DNA of 64,000 nt from Patescibacteria group bacterium (GTDB lineage: Bacteria > Patescibacteriota > Patescibacteriia > GWA2-46-9). The stretch lies in assembly GCA_041660005.1 (NCBI GenBank), contig JBAZXG010000001.1, forward strand, positions 4,253 through 68,252, written 5' to 3'. Position 1 is the stretch's first letter. The number at the start of each line of letters is the position of its first letter. The translations under genes were made by a program, and so were the position numbers. The notes under the pieces were generated by a model that worked only from the letters and a program-made list of their open reading frames with translations, made no database searches and was not told the origin of the DNA. Shown piece after piece: positions 37,427-46,837 of the stretch.

Positions 37427-38863
37427 CTAGTAGTTGAGCGCGGCGCCTTTAATTAAAACCTGTAAAAAGGCGGGCTGATAAAAACTAAGATACAGCACCA
37501 GGGTAATGAGCGCGAACGGTGGAATAATGAGTGTCATCTTTTCTTTCTCTGGCTCTAGATCATGGGGTTTCTCTCCGAAAAACATGTCTGAAGCGTGCTT
37601 TAGAAAACCAATAAACACCATGGCGGTCAGAAGCATTGCTACCACGGTTAAAAACGGATGCAGGGTTATACCAGAAGAGAAAATTAAAATCTTGGTAAGA
37701 AAAATACCGAAGGGCGGTGCGCCCGTTATAGCAAAAATACCAATCAAAAAAAGTACACTCGTTATCGGAAGCGCGCTGAGAGCACCTTTGACCTTGGCAA
37801 TTTTGGTCGAGCTGTATTTCAAAAAAATATTTCCCGACAGTAAGAAGAGTGCCGACTTCAGTAGCGAGTGATAAATCATGTGCAGCAACGCCGCAAAAAC
37901 CCCCACACCACCCAAACCAAAACCAAGCGCAGTGATTCCCATGTTTTCAATGCTCGAATACGCCAGTAACCGTTTGTAATTATACTGCGTGAAGATTATG
38001 AATGAAGCTACAAGAATCGATAGTAAGCCGAAAATAATAAGTAGGCGCTGCGGAAAATCTGGGCCTACAGACGCCGCAGTAATCACCTTAAATCGTAAAA
38101 TCGTAATGAAGGCCACATTCAGAAGGACGCCGGACAACAGCGCGCTCACGGGAACCGGCGCCTTGCTGTGCGCATCAGGGAGCCAGGTATGCATTGGCGC
38201 AAGCCCAACTTTTGTACCGTAACCAATCAGTACAAAAATGAAAGCAATCTTAGCAATCACCGGATCAAGATGCGACGCATTGTTGAGTAAGCTCGTCCAG
38301 GTAGCAAAGCCAGTACTCGTTTGTAATGAACTGAAAAAAAGCAGTGTTCCAAAAAACGCCAGCAGTAAACCAATGGAGTTGATAATGAGATACTTCCATG
38401 CTGCCTCTACAGCTGATGGTTTGTTGTAAAAGCTAATGAGAAACGCCGTAGAAAGCGTTGTGGCTTCAATAGAAATCCAGGCAATGATAGGACTACTGGA
38501 TGAGACGGCCAGAAACATCGCCGCCAAAAAGAGATCCAGCAAAATATAGTACTGCTTAGACCGAGTAAACCCAATAATTTTTTTCGCAGTTTCTTTTCTT
38601 AGATACTGAACGGAATACGTTACCGCCGCAAGGCCGACGCAAGAAATAAGAAGCATAAGGAGCGCCCCCAAGGCATCGACGGAAAAAAATTCAGACGGAA
38701 CATAGTTCCCCGTTGCTGCAACCCTGAGAGCAACAGTCACCGATTCCACCAAAGCAACGCCCACCGCTACAACTGCCGCTACCTCAATGACAGCTCGACG
38801 CCGCACCATCAGGGTGATAAGCGCAGCCGCACATAATGAGAAAAAGATGATTGATACTTCCAT
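37427..38863 (-). CDS. Antiporter-like membrane subunit (NuoM/N, HyfF/Mrp-D family)
   Basis: 14-TM protein with complex I antiporter-like motifs. Confidence 0.7.
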   Translation of the reverse strand: MEVSIIFFSLCAAALITLMVRRRAVIEVAAVVAVGVALVESVTVALRVAATGNYVPSEFFSVDALGALLMLLISCVGLAAVTYSVQYLRKETAKKIIGFTRSKQYYILLDLFLAAMFLAVSSSSPIIAWISIEATTLSTAFLISFYNKPSAVEAAWKYLIINSIGLLLAFFGTLLFFSSLQTSTGFATWTSLLNNASHLDPVIAKIAFIFVLIGYGTKVGLAPMHTWLPDAHSKAPVPVSALLSGVLLNVAFITILRFKVITAASVGPDFPQRLLIIFGLLSILVASFIIFTQYNYKRLLAYSSIENMGITALGFGLGGVGVFAALLHMIYHSLLKSALFLLSGNIFLKYSSTKIAKVKGALSALPITSVLFLIGIFAITGAPPFGIFLTKILIFSSGITLHPFLTVVAMLLTAMVFIGFLKHASDMFFGEKPHDLEPEKEKMTLIIPPFALITLVLYLSFYQPAFLQVLIKGAALNY

Positions 38864-38867
38864 AGCG

Positions 38868-39515
38868 CTAATCTTTTAATTGCTTCATAACACTGGTGTC
38901 GAGTGACCCAAAGTGCAGATAGATCATCGAAATAAAAACAGATGCAATAACCAGCCAAATCGAGATGTCAAAAATGATACCAATCTGAAGCATTGGTGAC
39001 TGTTCAAGTCCTGCAAAAACCGCAAAGGCGACAATACTATTTTCCAGAGAAAGAATACCGATCGCCTGAGACAGTGCACCTTTACGATTAACGATTAAGA
39101 ACAGTGAGATAAGCATTGCAGAAAACGTCAGCGACAATAAAGCGTGGTTGGCAGAAAGAATATCGGTGAGCGGCAAAAACTTTTCAGAATGCGCCACGGC
39201 AGTTAAGACCGTGAGCACGATCAATGTCAGCGGTGTATTTAGATAGGTGCTACCCGAAAAGGTTAAGTCGTGTCGCTGAATCAGTCGAACAAAAAATGAC
39301 GGCGCCAACATAACCTTAACAATGAAGGTTGCCAAAATGATGAAAAGAAGCGGAGCACTACTCGTGGCCAGAAAAGAATTAAATAAAATCAACACAACAG
39401 CAAAAGACTGAATACCATAGGCAACCACGGCTTCAAAATTCTTCTTAATGAGGTGCAAATAAATAATACTTAAAAAAACTGCACCAATTAAAAGGAGTAA
39501 AAACAATGAACTCAT
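38868..39515 (-). CDS. HyfE-like small membrane subunit (hydrogenase-4 component E / NuoK-related)
   Basis: About 215-aa polytopic membrane protein at the HyfE position and size. Confidence 0.5.
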   Translation of the reverse strand: MSSLFLLLLIGAVFLSIIYLHLIKKNFEAVVAYGIQSFAVVLILFNSFLATSSAPLLFIILATFIVKVMLAPSFFVRLIQRHDLTFSGSTYLNTPLTLIVLTVLTAVAHSEKFLPLTDILSANHALLSLTFSAMLISLFLIVNRKGALSQAIGILSLENSIVAFAVFAGLEQSPMLQIGIIFDISIWLVIASVFISMIYLHFGSLDTSVMKQLKD

Positions 39516-40444
39516 AGAATTTCGATGATACCAATAGCTACTGCGCTCAAAACAAAGGAAGTTACCAGAAGATCCGGTAATCTAAAGAACCTGAACTTCG
39601 CAGTCGTGGATTCAAGAACTGCAATAATAATGCAGAGTACGAATATTTTTGCGAGAAGCGCAGCCATACCCAACAGAACGGCACTAGCGTCTGCACTCGC
39701 AGCAATGCCATAAGGGAAAAACACATTCGCACCAAGAGCGGCAAAAATAAACAACTTGTTAGACGCCGCCCATTCCATGAGCGCCAACTTCTTTCCTGAG
39801 TATTCTAAAATCATCGCCTCGTGAATCATGGTGAGCTCCAGGTGCGTGGCCGGATTATCAAAAGGGAAGCGTCCGGTTTCAGCAAGTAAAACAATAAAAA
39901 AACCTGCAAACGCCAACACCATTGGTAAAAAGTACTGAACGGTAAATAATATTCTGGCATCCGCTATCACAAAAAGATTGGTCGTTCCGACCATGAGCGA
40001 AACCGCGACGAGTGCAAGTATGAGTCCCCCTTCTGCGAGTGCGGAGACGGTCATTTCACGACTAGAACCAAACCCGCCAAAGGCACTGCCCGTATCCATA
40101 CCAGAGAGCGCCAAAAAAAACGTACCAATAGCAAGTCCATACACTACCATTAAGAGATCGCTCGTTACCGCATTGTTCAAAAAAGAAGCGAACAACGGAA
40201 TACTGGCACCGATAACTACGGTAACCGTAAAAACAATCACTGGCGCAGCAGAAAAAATCCAGGAGGCGTCTCGGCTTACTACCTCATCCTTATGCATAAG
40301 TTTCCAGATATCACGGTAGGGCTGCAGAATACTGGCTCCGTCACGATTCTGCAACTTTGCTTTAATTTTTCTGATAATGCCGACAAAGAGCGGCGACAGT
40401 ACCGGCACAAAAACAAGTTGCATTATCCAAACAAGAGTCGTCAT
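39512..40444 (-). CDS. NuoH / HycD(HyfC)-like membrane subunit
   Basis: GIIRKIKAKLQNRDGASILQPYRDIWKLMHKDE and AETGRFPFDNPATHLEL signature motifs. Confidence 0.75.
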   Translation of the reverse strand: MTTLVWIMQLVFVPVLSPLFVGIIRKIKAKLQNRDGASILQPYRDIWKLMHKDEVVSRDASWIFSAAPVIVFTVTVVIGASIPLFASFLNNAVTSDLLMVVYGLAIGTFFLALSGMDTGSAFGGFGSSREMTVSALAEGGLILALVAVSLMVGTTNLFVIADARILFTVQYFLPMVLAFAGFFIVLLAETGRFPFDNPATHLELTMIHEAMILEYSGKKLALMEWAASNKLFIFAALGANVFFPYGIAASADASAVLLGMAALLAKIFVLCIIIAVLESTTAKFRFFRLPDLLVTSFVLSAVAIGIIEIL

Positions 40445-42501
40445 ATATTTATGGTGCTAAACAACAGGGCGGCTATAACGGCCACAAAAATATACAAAAC
40501 ATACATATTGATGTTCCCGCTCTGAATCGTCTTGGCGCGCATCGACAACGCGGTAACCACCTGACGAAGCGGCTGATAAAAATAGAGCTGATAGACATCA
40601 CGCGTCGTTAAATGTACCGTCCTCGATTTTGGCAAGTACCGCATCTCTGAATCGTGGTATTCAACATCGTGCTGCATGCTCGGCTTTAAAATACCGGCAA
40701 AGATAAGCACAATGGATCGGGCAAACCCCACGGCGGTAATTTCCATGCGCGAATTAAGGTCAACGCCGCAATCCCACGTTGACCCAATACTAATTTTCTG
40801 GTTCCTATTAACGATAAACTTAACTAACCAGAAAATCAGAAGAAATGCTAAAACAAAAAAGAAAAAGAACGCGGGTGCAGAAACTGAACCGAAAGCGTTT
40901 GATGCGATAAGTGCACTACGGAAAGCTGGCGCTACAGAAAACGGAACGTTCCGGAACAGATTAAGACTGCTGCTCACGTTAACAAAGAGCGGTCCGATGT
41001 ACCCTGACAATAGCCCAAGCAGAAGGGAGAGCGTAGCTAATGACCCCATGCCCAACGTAAGCCAAAGCGACGATTCTTTGGCATGACCAACTTCAGCACT
41101 CCTCGGTCGAGCGAGAAACGTTACGCCGAAAGCTTTGACAAAACAGGCGAGAGCCAGCCCACCCGTTATAGCCAGTGCACCTGTCGCTAGTACAAAAATT
41201 AACTTTACAAAAATATCCGCTGACGCCATTCCTTGAAGCAAAACCTGAAACGTCAGCCACTCGCTAAAGAAACCATTAAACGGTGGCAAGGCAGAAATCG
41301 CCATAGAACCAATAAGAAAAAAGAAGGCGGTCATTGGCATATACTTGATGAGTCCCCCGTACTCTTCCATGTTCCGTGTATGCGTTTGGTTAATCACTGA
41401 CCCAGCGCTCAAAAAGAGGAGCGACTTGAATATGGCGTGATTCAGGGTGTGAAACAGTGCGGCAGCTAGACCGAGAAGCGCTAGTGCTTGATTACCGAGC
41501 GCTGAAAAAGTAAGCGCACTACCAATGCCGAGAAGAATAATGCCGATGTTTTCAATACTGTGGTAGGCCAAAAGTCTTTTTATATCGTGCTCCGTCAGTG
41601 CATACAGAACCCCGAGAAGGGCAGATACGGCACCAATAACGAGCACAGTTATCCCCCACCACAAAGGAATTGGCTGCAGCACATCGAAGAAAATCCTGAT
41701 CATCATGTAAATACCGGTTTTTATCATGACCCCAGACATGAGCGCCGAGACATGAGAAGGTGCGGCAGGATGAGCACTCGGTAACCAAATATGGAATGGA
41801 ATAATACCGGCCTTTGTGCCAAAGCCGATGAGCGCCAGTATAAAAATAACGTTTTTAATACCTGTAGGAACGAGTGCAACACCTGATTGAATTACTGCAA
41901 AATCGAATGAGCCGGTGAACCTATAGAACAATAAAAAGGCAAGGACAATAAATGCAGTACCAATATGCGTCATGATGAGATACAGAAATCCTGCTTTGAC
42001 GTTGTTCGTATCGTTTTTATCATAGACCACAAGAAAATACGACGCGACCGCCATAATTTCCCAGGCAATCAAAAAGAACAGTCCGTTTGATGCTGATACC
42101 ACCATAAACATGCCCGCGATGAACAAGTGATAAAAAAATCCTAAAGCACCAATACTATAGCGATCGTAAAAATGTTTTATATAGCCGACTCCGTACATTG
42201 AACAAAAAAGAGAGACGACCGAAATAATAAAAATGAAGAAAGCCGCAAGTAAATCAATATGGAAAGAGAAGGAAAGAAGTGGAAAAACCGATGTGCCTAT
42301 TGAAAAAGAAATTGCTTGTGCGCTAGAAAATGCTTGAATCGAAAAGAATATACCCCAGAGCGAACCTAAAGCTGCAAAAAAATGCTGCCAGATATTCGCT
42401 AAGGCGTTTCGTTTTCTAAAGAGTAGTGACCCCGAGGCACCTATAGCATAGAGCGATAGAAGAACACCAAAACTCATTTCAAACGACAAAGGCCCAATCA
42501 T
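40441..42501 (-). CDS. NuoL / HyfB(HycC)-like large antiporter subunit
   Basis: 686 aa. AWEIMAVASYFLV...KAGFLYLIMTHIG motif. Confidence 0.75.
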   Translation of the reverse strand: MIGPLSFEMSFGVLLSLYAIGASGSLLFRKRNALANIWQHFFAALGSLWGIFFSIQAFSSAQAISFSIGTSVFPLLSFSFHIDLLAAFFIFIISVVSLFCSMYGVGYIKHFYDRYSIGALGFFYHLFIAGMFMVVSASNGLFFLIAWEIMAVASYFLVVYDKNDTNNVKAGFLYLIMTHIGTAFIVLAFLLFYRFTGSFDFAVIQSGVALVPTGIKNVIFILALIGFGTKAGIIPFHIWLPSAHPAAPSHVSALMSGVMIKTGIYMMIRIFFDVLQPIPLWWGITVLVIGAVSALLGVLYALTEHDIKRLLAYHSIENIGIILLGIGSALTFSALGNQALALLGLAAALFHTLNHAIFKSLLFLSAGSVINQTHTRNMEEYGGLIKYMPMTAFFFLIGSMAISALPPFNGFFSEWLTFQVLLQGMASADIFVKLIFVLATGALAITGGLALACFVKAFGVTFLARPRSAEVGHAKESSLWLTLGMGSLATLSLLLGLLSGYIGPLFVNVSSSLNLFRNVPFSVAPAFRSALIASNAFGSVSAPAFFFFFVLAFLLIFWLVKFIVNRNQKISIGSTWDCGVDLNSRMEITAVGFARSIVLIFAGILKPSMQHDVEYHDSEMRYLPKSRTVHLTTRDVYQLYFYQPLRQVVTALSMRAKTIQSGNINMYVLYIFVAVIAALLFSTINI

Positions 42502-42503
42502 AG

Positions 42504-43040
42504 TTATGATGGCAGTTTACTTTCTTGCGTTTTCAAAATACGGAGCAAGTGCGCAAGAATGGTTTTGGGTGAAGGTGGATCTCCGGGAATCGCGTAGTCT
42601 ACGGGTATGACTTCTTTTACACCGTCTAATACTGCATAGGACCCTTTAAAAATACCGCCGCTTATAGCGTCGTCACCAACTGCGACAACAATTTTAGGGT
42701 CAGGCGTCGCCTCGTACGCACGGCGCACAGCAACCGCCATATTGCGTGAGACTGGGCCCGTAATGAGCAACATATCAGCATGTTTGGGAGAAGCGACAAA
42801 ATGAATTCCAAACCGTTCTACGTCGTAAAAAGCATTAGAAAGGGCGACCAACTCTTGTTCGCAGGCATTGTCGGATCCTGCGTCAACTTGTCGGATAGCC
42901 AACGACCCACCAAATAACCGTTTAATACTGTCTTGCAATTCTTTACCAAGCACGACAATGTCTGGTTGTTCTTTTTCAATATCAGTCAAAGGAATAACAT
43001 TCCTATGCGTTTTCAAAATTTTCAAAAAAAGTTTAATCAT
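42504..43040 (-). CDS. NuoB / HycG(HyfI)-like small subunit lacking 3 of 4 Fe-S (N2) cysteines
   Basis: DVERFGIHFVASPKHADMLLITGPV and TPDPKIVVAVG conserved. The C ligands are replaced: CNGC becomes DNAC, GACP becomes GDDA, PGCPP becomes PGDPP. Confidence 0.75.
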   Translation of the reverse strand: MIKLFLKILKTHRNVIPLTDIEKEQPDIVVLGKELQDSIKRLFGGSLAIRQVDAGSDNACEQELVALSNAFYDVERFGIHFVASPKHADMLLITGPVSRNMAVAVRRAYEATPDPKIVVAVGDDAISGGIFKGSYAVLDGVKEVIPVDYAIPGDPPSPKTILAHLLRILKTQESKLPS

Positions 43041-43144
43041 AATGCCGCAGAAGTAATGCGTGAACGAAACGTCCTATAATTGTTTTAATTTTGTGTGCCG
43101 CGGGGGGTCCTACGCGTTGCGCAGGACCCCCGTGGCACATTGAG

Positions 43145-43663
43145 TCAACGACGAAGGCGTACCGCCCTCTGAACGTCGACCTCATGGACTGGCTTGCCGG
43201 TTTCGTCGACCTTCTGAAGGACGGCGATCACCGACATTTGTTTGATTACACCGTCTCGTTGGCGCTGAGTGAAGTACTCGACAGTACGACGATGCGCTCG
43301 TACGACTGCACCAAACATTGCATCTTGAGTCTGGTATCCGGACGCATGCCCCTTTCCGCAGGGAAAGTGGGCATGGAGTACGAGATGTTCCGCCCCCTTG
43401 ATGAGGGCCGACTCGAGAAGATCCTCGAGTAAATGAAATCGTCTTTGTTGTGTTCGCTGCTTTCCGTACCTAAAATCAACGAACTGTGGATCTAGAACAA
43501 GGCATCCCCCGTTCACGGAATTGAGATGTACATTTCTTGTGTACTTCCAGAGTGTCTCCAGAAGATCAGCCGAATGGCTGCCATCTCCGCACGCGGCCAG
43601 TACGACATGACCATCTCTCGGGAGCGTTCTCGCCCCTAGTGGCTTCAGATATCGTTGCTCCAC
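43145..43663 (-). CDS. Hypothetical protein on a GC-rich island
   Basis: 172-aa ORF in a roughly 60% GC segment. Imperfect hairpin at 43097-43140 downstream. Strand assignment is uncertain. Confidence 0.35.
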   Translation of the reverse strand: MEQRYLKPLGARTLPRDGHVVLAACGDGSHSADLLETLWKYTRNVHLNSVNGGCLVLDPQFVDFRYGKQRTQQRRFHLLEDLLESALIKGAEHLVLHAHFPCGKGHASGYQTQDAMFGAVVRAHRRTVEYFTQRQRDGVIKQMSVIAVLQKVDETGKPVHEVDVQRAVRLRR

Positions 43664-43994
43664 TTCCTCTTCTCCCCTTGCCGCATCTGGCGGCTAAAAA
43701 CTCGACGCGCACATCACGCGCCGGCTTGCAGCCGAGTTTACGCCTGCTTTTTAAAAATGTCAAGATAAAACAACCAATAATTCAAAAATCTCCTCCGTTG
43801 GGCGGAAAAACTTCAAGTCAAAAATTTCCACCAGTCGTTCGAGATCCTGAGAGGTTCTCTCGGACACTGAACGGAAAGCGAACTCGTCCTTACTAATAAA
43901 TTTGGGTGTGTCCCGACGTAAGGCCGAGATCCCGATTCAATTGATTTTATAAAGTAGGTAGCGTCGGGACAAAAGAGTAACAAACAGTCGCGAT

Positions 43995-44087
43995 GTCCCG
44001 TCTGACGGGACCAAGGACATTCATGTAGTTCTTGGTCAAAATTATTGCCGAATAGCATTTGTACCATAGTTCGAACTATAGTACAAA
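43995..44087. repeat. About 95-bp repeat module, left copy: CCCGTCTGACGGG hairpin, spacer, palindrome GTACCATAGTTCGAACTATAGTAC
   Basis: Homologous to 46838-46931 (about 70% identity, same orientation) and partly to 63300-63350. Confidence 0.6.
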
Positions 44088-44177
44088 ATAAAAAAACAGT
44101 GGCTTTGAAAGCGGTTTAAAAAATACTACTCATCATCCTTACATTCTCAAGTATGTAAGGATGAGAAAATTAATATT

Positions 44178-44735
44178 GTAATCCTTCAAGGTCTCTTTTT
44201 TCTACTCTTTCGACTATGCTCACAGCAGATTGCTTAGGAGAGATAGGATCATTTTTACCTTTCGTATAAATGGCAACCCTTCGACTACGCTCAGGGTTAT
44301 TGTTTCTTCCTTATACAAAATTTGAAATCCTACGCTACGCGTTGGTAATCCTTCAGCTACGTTCAGGATCATTTTTACCTTTCCTTGAGGAAAGGTAAAA
44401 ATGAAAAACCTCCCGGCGGGGAGGACAAAAAATTGATAAAAGCAAGCTTCACGTATTGGTCTCATTTTGGCTGAAGGCCAGTTGGGCGATTGCGATCATG
44501 TTCGGCATCGTTGTGAAAATCACGCCGAGCGGAATGAGGCAATTGTTCGCCGCCGGTGCCCGCACCGTACGACCACAGTCGTGCGGAATAAAGACTCCAT
44601 TGCACCCATGTTGTCCCAAAAGAGAATCCAATAATGTTGTGAAGCTGCTTGCCCATTGAAGGGCTCATTAAGTTTAACCCCGTGATAAAAAAAGTCAATA
44701 AATGATAAGAGTAATCCCTCGGCTACGTCGTTTTG
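44178..44735. repeat. Array of degenerate 17-20-bp direct repeats (consensus aatccTTCGACTACGCTCAGG) with interspersed hairpins, iteron-like
   Basis: Copies at about 44178, 44204, 44270, 44322, 44346 and 44711. GGATCATTTTTACCTTTC occurs twice. Confidence 0.45.
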
Positions 44736-44890
44736 ACTTCTCTCGGGATGAATCTTTACGCTTCACTTTGTATTACAAAATATTATAGGTAAAAGATTCA
44801 TAAGTGACTCGAGGCGGCTCCGGAATATCCCTTTTGCAGGACATCCGGAGCCGCCACGATTCGGGTTGAACTAGCGCCGGATGGGGCGCG

Positions 44891-45487
44891 CTAGTTGGGC
44901 GTCGTCTGCGAACCGCACGGCGTACTGCATGTCGGACATGCAGGAGTCCCGTCGGAACATAGCCGCAAAAGCGAGATGACGCCGTCGTCGGGCATCTGAC
45001 AGACCTCCGTGTTCGCGTCCCATGAGTTCAACGCGACACTCGTGAGCTCCAGATCAATGATGGCCCATGACTGATTCCAGACGTCGTCGCCGCCGACTTG
45101 GTCGGCCGGAAGGGCCCAGAAGTTCTGGAAGAAAAGATGGGCGCACCGCTGCGTCTTTTTTCCCCGGAACTTCAAAATCGCCGGTTTCAGCGAGTTGCCC
45201 AAGACCGCGCCGTCCTGGTCAGTGTCGAAAGCCCTTCCAGTGACGAGCATTTTCTCGTACTGGTTTGCCCTCGTGTAGCATGCGGCGACCTCGAGGAGGT
45301 CAGTCACCTGACACGAGTCGCCGGACCAAAGCTGGCGATCGACGTACGTCCACGAGCCGTAGTCGAAGTACGAGCACCCGACTACTGACGCATTGCGGAA
45401 CGTCGCCGCCTCGGCTTGCGGGGCCGTGGCGAACAACGAAACGACGCACAAGAACGCCGCGAGAACGAGAAAACGGATACGCTTCAT
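44891..45487 (-). CDS. Secreted cysteine-rich hypothetical protein on a GC-rich island
   Basis: Signal peptide MKRIRFLVLAAFLCVVSLFATAPQAEA. About 12 Cys. Perfect 11-bp hairpin terminator GGCGGCTCCGG...CCGGAGCCGCC at 44808-44853. Confidence 0.55.
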   Translation of the reverse strand: MKRIRFLVLAAFLCVVSLFATAPQAEAATFRNASVVGCSYFDYGSWTYVDRQLWSGDSCQVTDLLEVAACYTRANQYEKMLVTGRAFDTDQDGAVLGNSLKPAILKFRGKKTQRCAHLFFQNFWALPADQVGGDDVWNQSWAIIDLELTSVALNSWDANTEVCQMPDDGVISLLRLCSDGTPACPTCSTPCGSQTTPN

Positions 45488-45652
45488 GATTTTCCCTCCG
45501 GAAAATTTCCCTTTTCAGGGATGGTTGTGCCCATGAGGTCGGTCGCATCTGTTGGCGACAAACTCACATGAACCGATGAACCTAGCATAAATTGAGGGAA
45601 ATGTCAAGAATAAATGACAAAAATATTTGAAAAATCTTTTTTAAATTTAAAT

Positions 45653-45914
45653 TATAAACTCTTAACGTCCTCGGGCTGTGCCCTCGAGACTAGTTGTCCA
45701 CTTTCTTACTTGTCTAAGAAAATGGACGGAAAGAATGACACCCTCAGGACTCGGCTGGGGCATGACTGCACTCCGAAAACCGATAGTCGTGAACTCCCCG
45801 CCATACTTCTTCAGATGTAGGCGGGTCAAACAGCACGACCATTCCTTCGGTTCTCTCCGTTTGTCATTACCTACGCCGATCCTATGGGACTTTGCACTCC
45901 GCTCTGCCAAACCC
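45653..45914. repeat. About 260-bp interspersed element copy 1: terminal hairpin segment plus conserved core
   Basis: About 85% identical, in inverted orientation, to 63040-63250. Its 5' 80 bp is also found direct at 62823-62905. Confidence 0.6.
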
Positions 45915-46066
45915 TATTGTCGACCAAGGAGAACAAACATATGGCAAACAAAACGATTTCACAAATATTTTGACTTTCTGCAAGGTGACGCGTAGCATGC
46001 TGAATAGAAATATTTTTCAATAAGCGCTCAAATTGAAACGCCAACCTAAAATTTTACTCTAACAAT

Positions 46067-46579
46067 ATGGACGATTTACTGAATCAAATACAAAAAGGGC
46101 TTGATGCAAAATTATATTATCTTGCACTTTTTGCTGCCTTAGCAATACCAGATATCTGTGGTGCACTCGACTCGGAAAATGGTGAAGCCAGTCGTGATAA
46201 ATATATTGCATGGTTCGACGCTAACTTGAAAGAGTACTATGGTGACGAATTCGATGGAAAAATTTGTTATTTTTTTAGATGTTCTTTTTTGCATCAAGGA
46301 TCTTCTATCAAGCAGGAAAGCCCTTACGAAAGAATATTTTTTGCGGAACCTGGATATGGTCATAGTATGCATAATTGTACTTTTAGCAGGACAGGCGTTT
46401 CAAAAAAAGTTTTCTCATTAGATATTGATAAGTTTTGCAATGAAATGATTCAAGCATGTTCAAAATGGCAACAGAAAGTTAAAGACAATAAATTGTTTAA
46501 AAAACATTATGAAAACTTTATGAAACGATATCCCAATGGCCTCGAACCCTATATAAATGGAATACCCATAATTGGTTAA
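46067..46579 (+). CDS. Hypothetical AT-rich 170-aa protein with Rx4H (RCSFLH) HEPN-like motif
   Basis: Long ORF in about 33% GC DNA, which contrasts with its neighbours. Lys/Tyr/Phe-rich. One of only two plus-strand genes in the window; the other is rpmB. Confidence 0.5.
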   Translation: MDDLLNQIQKGLDAKLYYLALFAALAIPDICGALDSENGEASRDKYIAWFDANLKEYYGDEFDGKICYFFRCSFLHQGSSIKQESPYERIFFAEPGYGHSMHNCTFSRTGVSKKVFSLDIDKFCNEMIQACSKWQQKVKDNKLFKKHYENFMKRYPNGLEPYINGIPIIG

Positions 46580-46764
46580 TACCCTTTTTCACTCGGAGTC
46601 TGGATCTTAAAACCCATTGATGTTGTGTTGATGTGTTGTCCGGCGAAAGAAGCTGAAAAAAGTGACGGTTGTGTCTGACGAACGAGAACGTGAGAAGTTT
46701 AATTGTCACCAGCGTATGAAGACGAGCAACACCCAACACAAACACCACGGGGGTCATTTCCGCC

Positions 46765-46797
46765 GAAGGCGGATCCGCCTCTGGCGGACTTTCTCTG
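46765..46797. terminator. GGCGGATCCGCC double-hairpin element (TCCGCC-GAAG-GCGGATCCGCC-TCTG-GCGGA)
   Basis: Third copy of the repeat family, downstream of the 46067-46579 ORF. Confidence 0.4.
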
Positions 46798-46837
46798 CTA
46801 TCTAATCTTAGACAAGTAAGAAAAGTCACAACCTACA

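Noticed and set aside
43091-43432. Plus-strand 113-aa ORF opposite the 43145-43663 GC-rich ORF
   Set aside because: In GC-rich DNA both strands stay open. The longer minus-strand ORF is kept, with low confidence, and the true coding strand cannot be decided from sequence alone.
44178-44735. Possible CRISPR array
   Set aside because: The repeats are only 17-20 bp, highly degenerate and irregularly spaced. No cas genes are nearby.
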